Part shown: positions 28,201 to 39,298 of the stretch, piece after piece | How the letters are laid out: the number at the start of each line of letters is the position of its first letter | How positions within the stretch are numbered: position 1 is the stretch's first letter | Source of the DNA: a virus | Taxonomy: Duplodnaviria > Caudoviricetes | Length of the DNA stretch: 64,000 nt | Virus record (IMG/VR): IMGVR_UViG_3300044535_001920 | Location: 603 to 64,602 of that record | Reading direction: 5' to 3' (one strand) | Position numbers and translations under genes: made by a program | The notes under the pieces: generated by a model | Told to the model about the DNA's origin: nothing | What the model saw: the letters and a program-made list of their open reading frames with translations, nothing else | Databases searched by the model: none

Positions 28201-31200
28201 GCAATACAACCAAAGAAATCTGATTGGGATTGTAATTCTAAACTTGCTGTGTCAACATTTAATATTGTAGAAGTTGATGAATATTCACTTCCAATAGAAT
28301 TTGTTGGATTATATGGATTTGTCTTATAAATATCAAAAACTTGTGGGTCTACTGTCACTCCATTGTATGGACCATATTTGTGATCTGGTCTTGCTAGTCT
28401 AAAACGTATTGTTCTATTTGCTCCACCTGAAGGCATAGTTCCAGTTACAACTTCCCCTTTCTGGAAAGTTCCACTAAGCATTCTAATTTCAATTAGTTTG
28501 GGAACAATAAAATTAGTGACATCAATGTTATCAAAGAAAGCATACAACCTAGTAGAAGGCTTCATTCTTCTTGCAACAACTTCAATGTTTCTTGACCTCA
28601 TCAAAGTCACAATTGCTCTAGAAACAACTCTATCACCAAGAGATGTTGAATCAAATCTTTCCGAAACTCCAAATTGAATTCCTTGTCTGCTTTGATTTGT
28701 TGTTGTTGTTATAGTGTCATTTCTAAGTTCAGTCCATTCGGACTCTGTGGTTACTGTTACCCATCTATTTTGAACAGTAGAGGAAGTTCTAGACCTTTCA
28801 TTTAATCGTGCGATTACTGGTCCTTCAACAACAGAAGTTCCTGTCCAATTTGTTTCCCAAGCATTCCAATTTACTGGAGATAATCCAGTATTTGTATCAA
28901 CACCTAACTGCTGTATGGAAGAAGAATAACTTCCTTCAATGTCATCGACTCTTTCTGTTCTTCTAGTTTCAATCCAAGTATCTGTGGATGGATTTAATTC
29001 TATAGATCCAATCCAAGTTGGAGTATTGAATGGGTTAACATTTTCTGTTCTTGTTGCAAATTTATTTTCGGTAAATACAACATCAGAATAGTCTAAACAT
29101 ATTACATCTCCAACTCTCTTTGCATTTGGATTTCCTAGATCGGTTACATATCTTAAATCTGTGGTTGGGTCGGAAATAGTTCCAATACCAAGTATAACAC
29201 TTGATCCCAAAAGTAAATCCACCGAAGTTGTATAGTGCATTGGCCTCAATTGACCAAATGAAGTATCTACACTTGCTCTATATAATCTATTTGAAATTTC
29301 ACCACCTAGATATGATTTAAAATTATCAACAAAAAATCCACACTTAAATCTATCTAATCCTGTTTGTGCATCTCTTATAGAAAGATTTTTAGTATCAGTT
29401 TCCAACAAAGAAAGTGAAGTATAATATTCAACATTAGATAATCTATCTTCCAATCTAGAAATATCTTTCATTCGATATCTCTTATGACTTACTAATGATA
29501 TTTGAGCTTGTCTAATATCATAAAGATATGCAGGATAATATATTGTGCATATCTCTAAAGCAGAATCTACATTGTTTGGTGCTTTTGGTGTCAAAGATGG
29601 AATTCCAGTGCTAACAATAAATGACCCATCTTTAGTTAAAAATACTTTATCTATCCTTGGTAGATAATAAGAATATGAAAGGTTTAATGTTTTATCCTTA
29701 GCAAAAATATTTGTTGCAGAATTAGAATAAGGACTGAAAACTCTCGCACTATATTCAAATGGAGAATATAGTGCATTTATTGGAGAAAAATCATCTACTC
29801 TTGGTCTTAAATCAATAATATCGGTAGTTCTAATTCCATTGATAGTTGCTATTTCTTTTGAATATCTATCTGCATCATAAGAATCCACAGATACAAAATC
29901 ACCTTCATCATTTGGATCAATTACATAACTATTATAAATTACTCTAATTTTTTTGGTTGGGGCAGATACTTCCTTCTTTCTTATTAATCTAGAATAATCA
30001 TAATATTCAAGTCTTTGTCCATTATCTAAAATGAAATTATCCTTAATGTCTTTATCTCCTGCACCTAACGAACCAACAGTTCCAGTTATATTTGTTTCTC
30101 TAGATGTTATTGTTTCACCAATAGAAAATTTATTCTCATTTAAATATACAATTTCAACTTGATTAATTCCAGAAGTAGAAACAAATTGAGCGACAGCACC
30201 ACTAGTTTTTCCTATAAATTGCTCACCTGAAATAAAATTATCTGTAGTTGAATTAAGAGAACTAAAAGTGATAGTTGGTAAACTAGGATCATCTGTAGAT
30301 GATGATTCATATATACCCAATATTGAAACAACATCAGGAACATTAAGTGATACTACTTTATCCTGTACCCTTAAACCATAAGCTGGTCTATAAACTAATC
30401 CATCGTTTAATGTTGTATTTCCAATGCCAGATGCAGATGAATTGGAACCACTAATTACCAAACTAGATGATCTATTGTATATTTTTTTCTTTACTTTTGT
30501 ATTAACCTTCTTATATGTAACTGTCAGAATTGCATTACCGTTTGAAGATAAGTTTGTTAAAGATACTGTTCTTCCTGAAACATTTAATTTTTGACTACTA
30601 AGGGGTTCAACTATTCCATTGGAGATATACGTTAGTGTGTAATCCTCTTCATCAAAAGGTTCTAGTGTTAAACTTATATCAGTTTCTAATGTAGATGCAT
30701 ATGAATTTGCAGATACTACAATGTTATATGATTTTCTTATTATTATATTAGAATTAGATAAATCTAATGTTGCAATATTTTTATGATATAGTCTAGAATA
30801 AAGATAAGAATTATTTGTGTTTAAAACTTCTAATGTTAACTTTCTTAAATCATTTACGGTTACAGTAGATGCTGGAAGTGCCCCGGTGCAAACTCCAGAC
30901 ACAGAGGATACTGAAGAGACGATTATTTTATTATTAGGGGCATCTATTTCAGTTACTTTATTGTAAACAGGAACAGAAAGTCCTTCTCTAGAATACGAAA
31001 GTATGTCACCAGTTTGTATTCCAACATAAAAAGATGGATCTGATGATGTAATTTCTCCAGAAGAAGTAATAGTGTATTGTGTTGAAGGATCTGATAAAAA
31101 TAGTTTAGTATTTAGTACGGTATCTGAAGTAAATGTAGAAATTCCAGAACTATTTTTTACTTGATGAACATCAGATAAATTATAATCTCTAATTTCTTTT

Positions 31201-32795
31201 ATAATTCTTCCGTTATCTATTCCATTTATTGATATTCTTTCATTAATGTTAAATGACCCAGATACTTGATATAATAAAAGTGTTTCTGAATCATTTACAC
31301 TGTTTACTAAATATCCAGAAGCTGAGCTATTTTTCCCCTCTATAAATGCTGGTGCATCTATATCAATACCAGTATTTAAAATAATTTTTGTATAGGTTTG
31401 AATATCATAGAGAGAGCATTCAAATTGAGTTGCTGCATTTTGATATTCTGCATTCCTTAATTTGAAATCATATATTCTAGCAACCCCTATTTTTTCTCCA
31501 GATGCAGAACCAGGAGTAGAAGTTCTGCCAGAATATAAATCTACTTTTGCTTCAGATCCAAAACCAATAATTCCAGATCCATAAACATTATTAAGTAAAA
31601 TCTGTCTTCCTACATTAAATGGAATAGATTGATTTTCTTGTTTTTCTGTATCTCTTGGTTTATTAAAATCTACTACAAGGTTATCAATAGTTTCTATATC
31701 ATAACCTCTTACATATGCTTTTCCTGGTCCAACTACAATGCTACCAAGATTTTCTGATGGGACATTACCTTGTCTAGTTTTATCTGTTTCATAAAACATT
31801 CCATCATTACCAATTCTATCATTAAGAGACTCTTTCAATACTATATTGAATGGTCTAATATAATAATCCCCAGATTCATCATAAGTTCTTCTTGCTAATT
31901 CATCTCTGATTAAATCATAATTTGAGGTACTTACAAACTTTTGAAGCACCCCATTATTTAATCTAATTAATTCAATAAAATTCTCATCATTAAAATTATC
32001 AATTTCTTTTTTTATCAGAGTAACTTCAAATTTAAGTCTATCTGCTCCAGGAGCAGCATAGTTGGAAAATCCTTGTGCATTATCATATAAATCTTGATAT
32101 TGATTTGATGCTACTGCTAACTCCTCATCAATTAATAAACCAACTCTATAAGATGGTGAATTTGAATATTGATCTAAAATTATTGATTGTTCTGAAACAT
32201 TTACAAAAAATCCTCTGATGAAATAAACACCAGAAGCAATCTTTGCTGCTGATCCAACCGCAGTTGAATTTGATATAATTGTAGTTGCAAAAGTTGTTCC
32301 TGCTCTTATAGCAGATATCCCATAAGAGACATCATCAACTGATATTAAATTTTCACCATCTACAAATGTGCTACTAGTAAAATTAACATCACTAGAACTT
32401 TGATATTTTACATATATTGTGTAGTTATTTCTTTCAGATTCTACACTAGATATAATATTTTCTACTTTTGCAGTTACACCACTCAGATCACCTTTAATTA
32501 ATTTTCCTTTGAAATTTTCAAGATATAGTGATACTGGAATTCCTAGATGAGTTTCATCAATTTGAACACAAAAATAGTTTGAATCATATGAAATTTGACC
32601 GGGAATTACTACTGAGCCTTCTTTAAAAAAGTGCTTTCCGAATTTTTCAATTTGATTCTGAAGAATTGACTGTAAAGTAGTTAATTCTCTAGCTTGAATT
32701 GGAGTTCCTGGTTTAAATAATACTCTTTTATAATTATTTGCTTCGTCAAAGTCATCAAAATATGGAGAAATGTTTAGATTAGTATTCTGAGGCAT
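25278..32795 (-). CDS. VrlC-like (DUF4815-like) large virion structural protein
   Basis: MPQNTNLNISPYFDDF..RVLFKPG..QARELTTLQSILQNQ, APGADR, LARRTYDESGDY, DPLAQSF, SLFKSQN. Confidence 0.85.
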   Translation of the reverse strand: MPQNTNLNISPYFDDFDEANNYKRVLFKPGTPIQARELTTLQSILQNQIEKFGKHFFKEGSVVIPGQISYDSNYFCVQIDETHLGIPVSLYLENFKGKLIKGDLSGVTAKVENIISSVESERNNYTIYVKYQSSSDVNFTSSTFVDGENLISVDDVSYGISAIRAGTTFATTIISNSTAVGSAAKIASGVYFIRGFFVNVSEQSIILDQYSNSPSYRVGLLIDEELAVASNQYQDLYDNAQGFSNYAAPGADRLKFEVTLIKKEIDNFNDENFIELIRLNNGVLQKFVSTSNYDLIRDELARRTYDESGDYYIRPFNIVLKESLNDRIGNDGMFYETDKTRQGNVPSENLGSIVVGPGKAYVRGYDIETIDNLVVDFNKPRDTEKQENQSIPFNVGRQILLNNVYGSGIIGFGSEAKVDLYSGRTSTPGSASGEKIGVARIYDFKLRNAEYQNAATQFECSLYDIQTYTKIILNTGIDIDAPAFIEGKNSSASGYLVNSVNDSETLLLYQVSGSFNINERISINGIDNGRIIKEIRDYNLSDVHQVKNSSGISTFTSDTVLNTKLFLSDPSTQYTITSSGEITSSDPSFYVGIQTGDILSYSREGLSVPVYNKVTEIDAPNNKIIVSSVSSVSGVCTGALPASTVTVNDLRKLTLEVLNTNNSYLYSRLYHKNIATLDLSNSNIIIRKSYNIVVSANSYASTLETDISLTLEPFDEEDYTLTYISNGIVEPLSSQKLNVSGRTVSLTNLSSNGNAILTVTYKKVNTKVKKKIYNRSSSLVISGSNSSASGIGNTTLNDGLVYRPAYGLRVQDKVVSLNVPDVVSILGIYESSSTDDPSLPTITFSSLNSTTDNFISGEQFIGKTSGAVAQFVSTSGINQVEIVYLNENKFSIGETITSRETNITGTVGSLGAGDKDIKDNFILDNGQRLEYYDYSRLIRKKEVSAPTKKIRVIYNSYVIDPNDEGDFVSVDSYDADRYSKEIATINGIRTTDIIDLRPRVDDFSPINALYSPFEYSARVFSPYSNSATNIFAKDKTLNLSYSYYLPRIDKVFLTKDGSFIVSTGIPSLTPKAPNNVDSALEICTIYYPAYLYDIRQAQISLVSHKRYRMKDISRLEDRLSNVEYYTSLSLLETDTKNLSIRDAQTGLDRFKCGFFVDNFKSYLGGEISNRLYRASVDTSFGQLRPMHYTTSVDLLLGSSVILGIGTISDPTTDLRYVTDLGNPNAKRVGDVICLDYSDVVFTENKFATRTENVNPFNTPTWIGSIELNPSTDTWIETRRTERVDDIEGSYSSSIQQLGVDTNTGLSPVNWNAWETNWTGTSVVEGPVIARLNERSRTSSTVQNRWVTVTTESEWTELRNDTITTTTNQSRQGIQFGVSERFDSTSLGDRVVSRAIVTLMRSRNIEVVARRMKPSTRLYAFFDNIDVTNFIVPKLIEIRMLSGTFQKGEVVTGTMPSGGANRTIRFRLARPDHKYGPYNGVTVDPQVFDIYKTNPYNPTNSIGSEYSSTSTILNVDTASLELQSQSDFFGCIAPQMQLVGQTSNAIAVVNDIRLITDQSGTFIGSLFIPDPTIRSNPSFQTGTKTLTLTTSPTNSRTSAPSDSIGEANFTASGTIDNVENVTLRIRNAEIERLTVSEARTLSETEDRLVAQNRSSRTTRTYYDPLAQSFEVTDVNGVFLTKCEIYFKTKDPTEVPVTMQIRTVQLGTPTQEILPFSEVSLEPDQISVSDDATVPTTFTFQAPVYLEGGGEYAIVLLSNSDSYNVWISRMTEVDVTSQNRPESERIIVSRQPTLGSLFKSQNASTWDASQLEDLKFTLYRANFTTNDAIVRFYNPPLGIGNRQIVSLRTNPVVAYSQKILVGLAQSMSQFDINNLTPGVKLYQSNYPDFSGNLVSIVGSVGIGSTLAITNVGSAYTANKTYSSVPVTTLSGRGFGARVNLTIQNNVAVAATVSIGGTGYAVGDTMTVQNEYTGGFGKNLILSIPNNVGILSSFNSMIIENVQDNINTSGVLNQIQYTGIGNTITTVTNGFVVYSETIDDGLHLKVNHNNHGMYSDLNYVTLFDIESDIPPSTLTAEYNQSSTSDIQLANVGIFTYFENIGISSDNPGYIKVNNEIIRYTGINTSTNSLSGITRGIDIIDSVSPNTRTTLSINSHPVGSQVFKYEFNGVSLRRINKTHYFGEVDLNKYPIELDSYHVKLDMTKSGKDRKFGTPRLYFNQTKTGGTYQSNLGSTGSNTLSGPKASQNIPYSIIRPNIQFMTPETTSIDAQIRTVSGSSINGNESSFVEQSYIPVSLNSNNFLPTPRLIASKVNSEKNLSNNQGNTSFTMELKLSTTDSKVSPIIDLDRINIITSMNRINSPITNYTTDSRVNSLFDDPNAAIYISKVIRLEKNADSLKVYFDAFRDSSNEIIVLYRILRPDTPDDQQLYELFPGYNNIDDFGNTIDPKEHNGLPDKFVSESLALDDFRSYEYTAKNLPLFNGYQIKIIMTGTNQAVTPLLRDLRVVATI

Positions 32796-32801
32796 TTTAC
32801 T

Positions 32802-34367
32802 TTAAAACTCCAAAATAATTTTTATGTCTTCTTTTTGACTAGATGATCTAGGAATTGCCTTTCTATTATCAATATAAATTATTTCACCCGATTTTTTATT
32901 ATATTCGGAAGATGAAATTCCAGAGACAAAATTACTTCCCAATTGGTATGTCCTATTATTTATTACAGTGCTTATGCCATTAAATCCAGTATCAATACTT
33001 AAAACTGGACCAACTATATTTTCACAGTCAATTGACAATGAACCACCCTGACCAGGAAATGAGGTGAATTTATTTATTTTATAACCAACTGCTTGTGTTG
33101 CTAGTCCAACTGGCTGATAATATTTTAAAACACCACTAATGTTATCCCAGGAAGCAACAAAACCTACTGCAGTTACACCTGTTCCAATAGTTTGCTTAAT
33201 TACAGAATCAACTGGATATGTCGTCTGTGTACTTAATCCAGTTAATTTTAATGAATCTAAAGCACTTACTTCCCCCAAAGTCAATAGTTCTGTAGCACTA
33301 CCAGGAATAGTTGGATTTTTTATAATTCCAATTCTTGAAAAATCATTTCCTAAAATAATGTCTGGGTTTGATGGGTCAGTGATGTATCTAGAATATATTA
33401 AAACTCTATTTGCTCCAAGTTCTTTATAAACATCATAACCATGACCACCTTTTGGTGGAATTATAACATCAAATTCTGCTATTTCCGATCCATTGGATAA
33501 TTCTGATGGAATACCAGGAGCACCTGGATCAAATTTTATAGTTCCTTTTGTATACCCAGATCCACCATCAGTTACAAAAACTTCAGAAACTTTTCCGAAT
33601 GAGTCAACAGTTATTGTTACTTTTCCTCCATCACCATCCCCTAAAATTGGAATATTTGTAAATGATTTAGAAATTGGTTGATATCCAGTTCCCCTATTCT
33701 TGATAGTAACTACTTCAATTTTTCCATCTATTGCATTATTTTTTGTAGAGATTGTTTCACCAGTTAATCCCCAATTTTCTGGAACAGGAATAAATTCGAT
33801 AGAATCAAATTTTACAACTTCTGATGGTTTAATTGTATACATATATTTCCAAATATATCCATCACCACTTGTTCCTGCTGGTCTTGGCTCTAAATCAATA
33901 AATTGTGGTTGATCAAATGATGGTCTTCCATTTGGATTTTCTGGATCAGATCCATTTTGTAAACAAAGATATACTCTAAAGTCCTCATTTATAACATAAT
34001 AATTTGCATTATATAAACTAGATTGTTTAGTTACTGGAGTCTTATTATAAATTGTGTAGTCATGACGATACATTTCATATGTTGTTCCAGAGGTCCATTG
34101 GACCTTTCTAATCATTCTTCTAATATCATCACCTGTTACTTTTTTTAATGCTATAATTGTTTCTTTTATTCTATTCTCCTCTTCAAATCCATCCAATGGT
34201 GGAAGTCCATCCCCCCAAATAGAAGATCCATTTGCTTGTGGATTTAAACTATTTGGTTGCCCAATAAAAGTGTAGTAATTATTTGCAGTATTACCAACAG
34301 ACACTAGACTTTTAATAAAAGTCTCAGCATTCATTACCCTAAATTGGTCAGTTATAATAGCAGGCAT
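32802..34367 (-). CDS. gp8: Baseplate wedge subunit gp8
   Basis: MPAIITDQFR, WTSGTTYEMYRHDY, DGYIWKYMYTI, IIPPKGGHG..ELGA, IYIDNR...QKEDIKIILEF. Confidence 0.9.
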   Translation of the reverse strand: MPAIITDQFRVMNAETFIKSLVSVGNTANNYYTFIGQPNSLNPQANGSSIWGDGLPPLDGFEEENRIKETIIALKKVTGDDIRRMIRKVQWTSGTTYEMYRHDYTIYNKTPVTKQSSLYNANYYVINEDFRVYLCLQNGSDPENPNGRPSFDQPQFIDLEPRPAGTSGDGYIWKYMYTIKPSEVVKFDSIEFIPVPENWGLTGETISTKNNAIDGKIEVVTIKNRGTGYQPISKSFTNIPILGDGDGGKVTITVDSFGKVSEVFVTDGGSGYTKGTIKFDPGAPGIPSELSNGSEIAEFDVIIPPKGGHGYDVYKELGANRVLIYSRYITDPSNPDIILGNDFSRIGIIKNPTIPGSATELLTLGEVSALDSLKLTGLSTQTTYPVDSVIKQTIGTGVTAVGFVASWDNISGVLKYYQPVGLATQAVGYKINKFTSFPGQGGSLSIDCENIVGPVLSIDTGFNGISTVINNRTYQLGSNFVSGISSSEYNKKSGEIIYIDNRKAIPRSSSQKEDIKIILEF

Positions 34368-34395
34368 TTTAAATAAACGTTTTTTCTTTATTTAG

Positions 34396-37300
34396 TTAGA
34401 AAAGACCACGAGTTCTTACTACGTCTGGAGCAGTAGATAAACCAACCAATCCAGTATTTGTTTGTACATAGAAATCTCTCGGATTTAATCTAGTTCTATT
34501 CTGATAATCATAGATTTTACCCCAGGTATATTTTCCATATATTCCATTTACATTTGTATTTGTGTTTACTTGTATTGGAATATTGTTTGGACCATAAGTA
34601 AAATTACATCTAACTGTAACAATTCCTGCTACAGGAGAAGAAACTTTTTCTACTCTATAAACTCCATCCAAATAAGATGTTGCTGTGCCGACTCTTGACG
34701 CTGGATAATTTGAAAGTCCACCAAGACTTGTTGTTATTCCAGTTAAAGCATGACCAATAGTAGAATTGCTTTCAAAAATTACAAAATAATCACCTACTTC
34801 CAGTTGACTATAATTAACACCATAAGAGTTCAATGAAGAATAACCGATACCTAAAGAACTATTGTTATATGTTTCTGAATGTAGTTCAAAATCAATAGTA
34901 GTTGCTCCAACACCAACATATTTAATTGTTCCAAAATCACCAACTGCTTTAATTGAAAGAATCTTTTCTGTTTCTGCACCAGCACTTTCAATAATTACTG
35001 GTGGTGGAGTAGATTGATCATATCCAAATCCTGGTTCAACTACAGTAATTGAACTAACGGACCCAGATGAAGCAGAAGAAATTGCAACTGCTCTATTGTA
35101 AATTGGTTCTGCATATAAAGTAGTTCCTCCAGATCCAACTACAATACTTCTTCCCTCATCTATTTCTTGAGAAGGTGGTAAGAAAATAAAGTCATTAATT
35201 GGATTTTGTTGATTTGTTGATCTCTTAACCCAATGAGACAGATTGTACGAGAATAGCAATTCTCCTGCACTGTTCAATGCAATATAAATTCCATATTCAT
35301 ATTTTATATTAACTAAATCATTTGTAGTATTAGTATTAACTTTTTCCCATCCGGTTATTCCATTTACTGATGTTAATACTGTTCCATTATTTCCAACAAC
35401 AACAAATCTAAATGAATCCCAAATTATTTTATTTAAATTTCTTGTTGTCGGAATAGACAATGCTCTTGCCCAAATTTCTGCATCAGAAGAATATATGATA
35501 TTCCCATTATTGCCAACTGCAACAAATAAAAGACCACTAATAAATGAAGTTGTCCTATCATTGATTGCAATACTATTCAAATCAACGAATACTGGAGGGG
35601 ATTTTTCAAATAATGTTGACGTTCCTATTCCAACTCCAGAGAATAATCCTCTATTAGTTCCAACACAAACTATAATATTTTTATTTGGTGAATATAATAT
35701 CTGATTAAAATTACCAGAATATGCACTAAAACTAATTATTGGTTCTGGAGAACCTAAAATTGCCTCTTCTTTGAATAATTTAATTGATTGCCAAGATGAA
35801 GTTGAGAATCCAGAAGAAGAATCCAAATAAACAACTTTTGCGTTGTCACCAGCGGCATAATATTTTTTATCATAACCAGAAATAGAATTAAATGTAGTTG
35901 ATTGTGCTATACCAATTGATGAAGTAATCCAACTTAATCCATCACTAGAAATACCAATTATTCCACTAGATCCAACAGAAACAATACTATCCAAATAAAC
36001 TAATGAATTTAGAGAATACTCAGATGATATTCCAGTTAAAACTGATTTCCAATTATATATTGGATCTTTTTTCTTAATTAATGATGAAGATATTGCAACA
36101 AAAGGTGTACTTAAATTCTCATATCCAATACCTGAATTTTGTATAGAAATTGATGTTATGGTAGAACCAGAAGAAACAATTGCAGTAGCAATAGCTGCAG
36201 ATACGTTATTGTTGTTTATTATTTGAATGTCTTTAAGTTCTTCAGTAATGTTGTCAACACTTACAAATAGTGGGAATGCATTATTTACATATATTTCTCT
36301 ATCATCTTTTGCTACATTCTTAATTAATTTGGTGTATGGAATAATTCTTGATTTTAAATCTGGTCTGGATTTTGAATAAAGTACACCATTAATAATTAAG
36401 TCTGATGTTTGCTTTGTCCAAACCAATGGTCTTTCCTTTGTTTGATCTGTACTTATTCCAATACTATCATAGGTAAATGTATCTAATGATTCTGATGAAA
36501 CTATTCTTTTAACAATACGATCAAATTGGGATCTATCAAAAGGATCTAAAATATTTTCAATAATTTGAATAGTATCTCCTGATTTAATTGTTTGTGGTGG
36601 ATCTATCTGTTCTACATCTAAATCTGATCCTCTATAGAATAATATCGCACACTTGGAATTTGGTTTTGGTGCCTCTTTGAAAATTAATCTGGATCCATTA
36701 AATGTATATGATTCTACTGGTTCTTGCAAAACATCATTTAAGTATATAAACAAATTATTCTCTAAAGATAAGTCAGTGCTTGGATCTACCTTCAGACTTA
36801 AAACCTCTGTTATTGCACCTTGAGTTATAGTTAATGTGAATTTTTTCTTTATGCCATTAAAAAATTGTGAAATATCGTCAAATTGTATAAACTGACCAGG
36901 ATAAAAACCACTAAATTTGTCACTAAGGGTTTCTTCTACAGTGACTTCAAATTCAGTAAATCCTGCGCCTACAAGTGGATTTGTAGTTACTCCAGCAACT
37001 TTTAATACATCACCAACTTTGTAGAATTGTCCAATATCATCCAATTTGAATTGAATCACATCGGATTGATTACCAATTATTACAGATGCTCTAGCACCAT
37101 ATCCATTTCCACTAGATCCAGAAACATATTCTAATGGCAAATTGCTGTATCCTGTTGGTACTCCAACTATAACATTTGGAATTGGATTTGAGGTATATCC
37201 ACTTCCTGCATTAACTATTGAAATTCCAGTAATAGTTCCTCCTACACCAATCGTTGCAGAGAATGATGCTCCAGAACCTACTGTAGATTGTAATTTAATT

Positions 37301-39240
37301 TCTGGTGGGGTTCTATATCCACTTCCTGAACCTAGTAAAATTATACTAGAAATTGTTCCAGCAACAGAAACTGTAACAGAAGCACCAGCTCCTATTAATG
37401 GTTGATAACCATATCCGCTGTTTATTCCTACTCTGGATATTCTTCCAGAAAGTGGGAAACCAGAAAGAAACTTCAACCTATTGTTTCCTGGTGTATCAAT
37501 AGTAAAGTCTGTTTCTGAAATTTGAGGAATTCCATTAATTAAAATTATTGGATTGTTATTAATATCAATATTCCCAACAATAATAGAATTGGTATCTGTA
37601 TAAATTCCAACTACTTGCTGACCTTCTGACTTTAAGAAAAACTCAGTAGAAGAAGTACTTACAAAATTATTTGAAATATCATCAAAAATTATATTTTTAT
37701 CATTTTCCAAGTCTGGATCAAATTGCCTTGAAAATGCTCTACCATTAAAAGTTGAATTTACCTCTAATCCATCTGGACCAACTGGACCGTATGGAGGATT
37801 AACAAAATGTATTAGATCTTTTACTATATTGAAATTTCCCCTTAAAACATTTATTGCAGAATTATTGAAATGTGCATCTACTTTTGTTCCTAAAACACCC
37901 CTATTTACTTGTATAGCATTTGTATAACCAAATCCTATATTTTTAACAGTCATTAATTCATTATTAATTCTCAGAATATCATAACTAGTAATTGATGATA
38001 ATCCAGAAGAAACAAATATTATATCAGTTGAAACCCCAATTGAAGATAAAAGATTAAGTGATAAATCAGTTCTATATACTGGACTTTGTATAATATTGTC
38101 TATTGAAATTATTGAACTTGCATTTGGATTATCAAAGGTAAATGAATGTGTTCCAATTCCATATGATATTAAATTTAATTCATTTGATGTAGATAAACCA
38201 GATACCTTAAATGAATTATCATTTGTTTTTATTACATATAGATTAGTTGGTAATTTATTTGTTCCTAAAACTGCTGGTGAAATTAATAAATTATCCTGAG
38301 GTGTTGCTCCACCAATATAGGTTCCTGCCACACTAATTTTATCTGTTAGTGCATATCCAGCACCACCATTGACAACATCTATTGTAGATATATCACCAAA
38401 TGAATCTCTAGATACATTAAACGTTGCACCAGAACCAAATCCAATTAAAGTTTCTGAAGGCAAATTCAAGAATGTGCTATTTGCTGCCGAGACTATTCTT
38501 GTATTTGCTACAGAAGAAACTGTGAATGATAGATCATTTGCTGGTGAAGTTCCATTCATAAATGTTCCAGAGATAGAGACTGTATCTCCAATAGAGTAAC
38601 CAATTCCACCAGTTCTTAATATTACTGATGTTGATATTGGAACTCCTGTTCCGGAGTCATATACGATAAAAACATTAAATTTAGCATCAGTTCCAATTCC
38701 ACTAGTATAATATGCAGGAAATGGTTCTGTAAATCCATAAAATCTGTTTTGATTCAATGAGAAATCAGGAGTTATAGAAGCAGAAGTTCCTACAACTGAC
38801 GTAGAAATTGCAATATTATACCCATCTTCATATAATGATGATCCTTCCCCTCCAATAACTCCCATTATAATATTAGATTCTGTTGATGCAACAGAAATAT
38901 ACGGAGTTGGTGTATCAAGTCCTTTTTGTATGATAAGAGAACTTTCTACAAAAGCAGTTGTTTCTATTCCTATTCTTTGTCCTGATCCAACTTCTACAGG
39001 AGTATACCCACTTCCTGGTTCAATTACTACTATTCTTGAAATTTCACCACTTGAATTTATGACAGGATAAAATACTCCCTCAACAATTGGTGTATTAGTC
39101 CCTTGTATAGTTATTTTTGGTGGATCTGTGGAAGCATACCCAGAACCACCATTAATAACATTTATTGAAACTACACCATAGTTTTCATCAAAAGTTGGTT
39201 GTAGAATTGCACCAGAACCAGGAACTACTCTTGTGGGCAT
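34396..39240 (-). CDS. Baseplate wedge protein, C-terminal part of cyanophage-type gp7, with BNR/Ycf48-like propeller insert
   Basis: IDNIIQSP, STFNGRAF, DDISxxF repeats, GxGY modules; VAVGNNG..SSD..W repeats at ~35110-36060; sits directly before gp8. Confidence 0.7.
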   Translation of the reverse strand: MPTRVVPGSGAILQPTFDENYGVVSINVINGGSGYASTDPPKITIQGTNTPIVEGVFYPVINSSGEISRIVVIEPGSGYTPVEVGSGQRIGIETTAFVESSLIIQKGLDTPTPYISVASTESNIIMGVIGGEGSSLYEDGYNIAISTSVVGTSASITPDFSLNQNRFYGFTEPFPAYYTSGIGTDAKFNVFIVYDSGTGVPISTSVILRTGGIGYSIGDTVSISGTFMNGTSPANDLSFTVSSVANTRIVSAANSTFLNLPSETLIGFGSGATFNVSRDSFGDISTIDVVNGGAGYALTDKISVAGTYIGGATPQDNLLISPAVLGTNKLPTNLYVIKTNDNSFKVSGLSTSNELNLISYGIGTHSFTFDNPNASSIISIDNIIQSPVYRTDLSLNLLSSIGVSTDIIFVSSGLSSITSYDILRINNELMTVKNIGFGYTNAIQVNRGVLGTKVDAHFNNSAINVLRGNFNIVKDLIHFVNPPYGPVGPDGLEVNSTFNGRAFSRQFDPDLENDKNIIFDDISNNFVSTSSTEFFLKSEGQQVVGIYTDTNSIIVGNIDINNNPIILINGIPQISETDFTIDTPGNNRLKFLSGFPLSGRISRVGINSGYGYQPLIGAGASVTVSVAGTISSIILLGSGSGYRTPPEIKLQSTVGSGASFSATIGVGGTITGISIVNAGSGYTSNPIPNVIVGVPTGYSNLPLEYVSGSSGNGYGARASVIIGNQSDVIQFKLDDIGQFYKVGDVLKVAGVTTNPLVGAGFTEFEVTVEETLSDKFSGFYPGQFIQFDDISQFFNGIKKKFTLTITQGAITEVLSLKVDPSTDLSLENNLFIYLNDVLQEPVESYTFNGSRLIFKEAPKPNSKCAILFYRGSDLDVEQIDPPQTIKSGDTIQIIENILDPFDRSQFDRIVKRIVSSESLDTFTYDSIGISTDQTKERPLVWTKQTSDLIINGVLYSKSRPDLKSRIIPYTKLIKNVAKDDREIYVNNAFPLFVSVDNITEELKDIQIINNNNVSAAIATAIVSSGSTITSISIQNSGIGYENLSTPFVAISSSLIKKKDPIYNWKSVLTGISSEYSLNSLVYLDSIVSVGSSGIIGISSDGLSWITSSIGIAQSTTFNSISGYDKKYYAAGDNAKVVYLDSSSGFSTSSWQSIKLFKEEAILGSPEPIISFSAYSGNFNQILYSPNKNIIVCVGTNRGLFSGVGIGTSTLFEKSPPVFVDLNSIAINDRTTSFISGLLFVAVGNNGNIIYSSDAEIWARALSIPTTRNLNKIIWDSFRFVVVGNNGTVLTSVNGITGWEKVNTNTTNDLVNIKYEYGIYIALNSAGELLFSYNLSHWVKRSTNQQNPINDFIFLPPSQEIDEGRSIVVGSGGTTLYAEPIYNRAVAISSASSGSVSSITVVEPGFGYDQSTPPPVIIESAGAETEKILSIKAVGDFGTIKYVGVGATTIDFELHSETYNNSSLGIGYSSLNSYGVNYSQLEVGDYFVIFESNSTIGHALTGITTSLGGLSNYPASRVGTATSYLDGVYRVEKVSSPVAGIVTVRCNFTYGPNNIPIQVNTNTNVNGIYGKYTWGKIYDYQNRTRLNPRDFYVQTNTGLVGLSTAPDVVRTRGLF

Positions 39241-39298
39241 ATATTTTCTTTTAATTTTTTATTAAAACCACTCAAAATAAAATAATTATAACTTTTGA

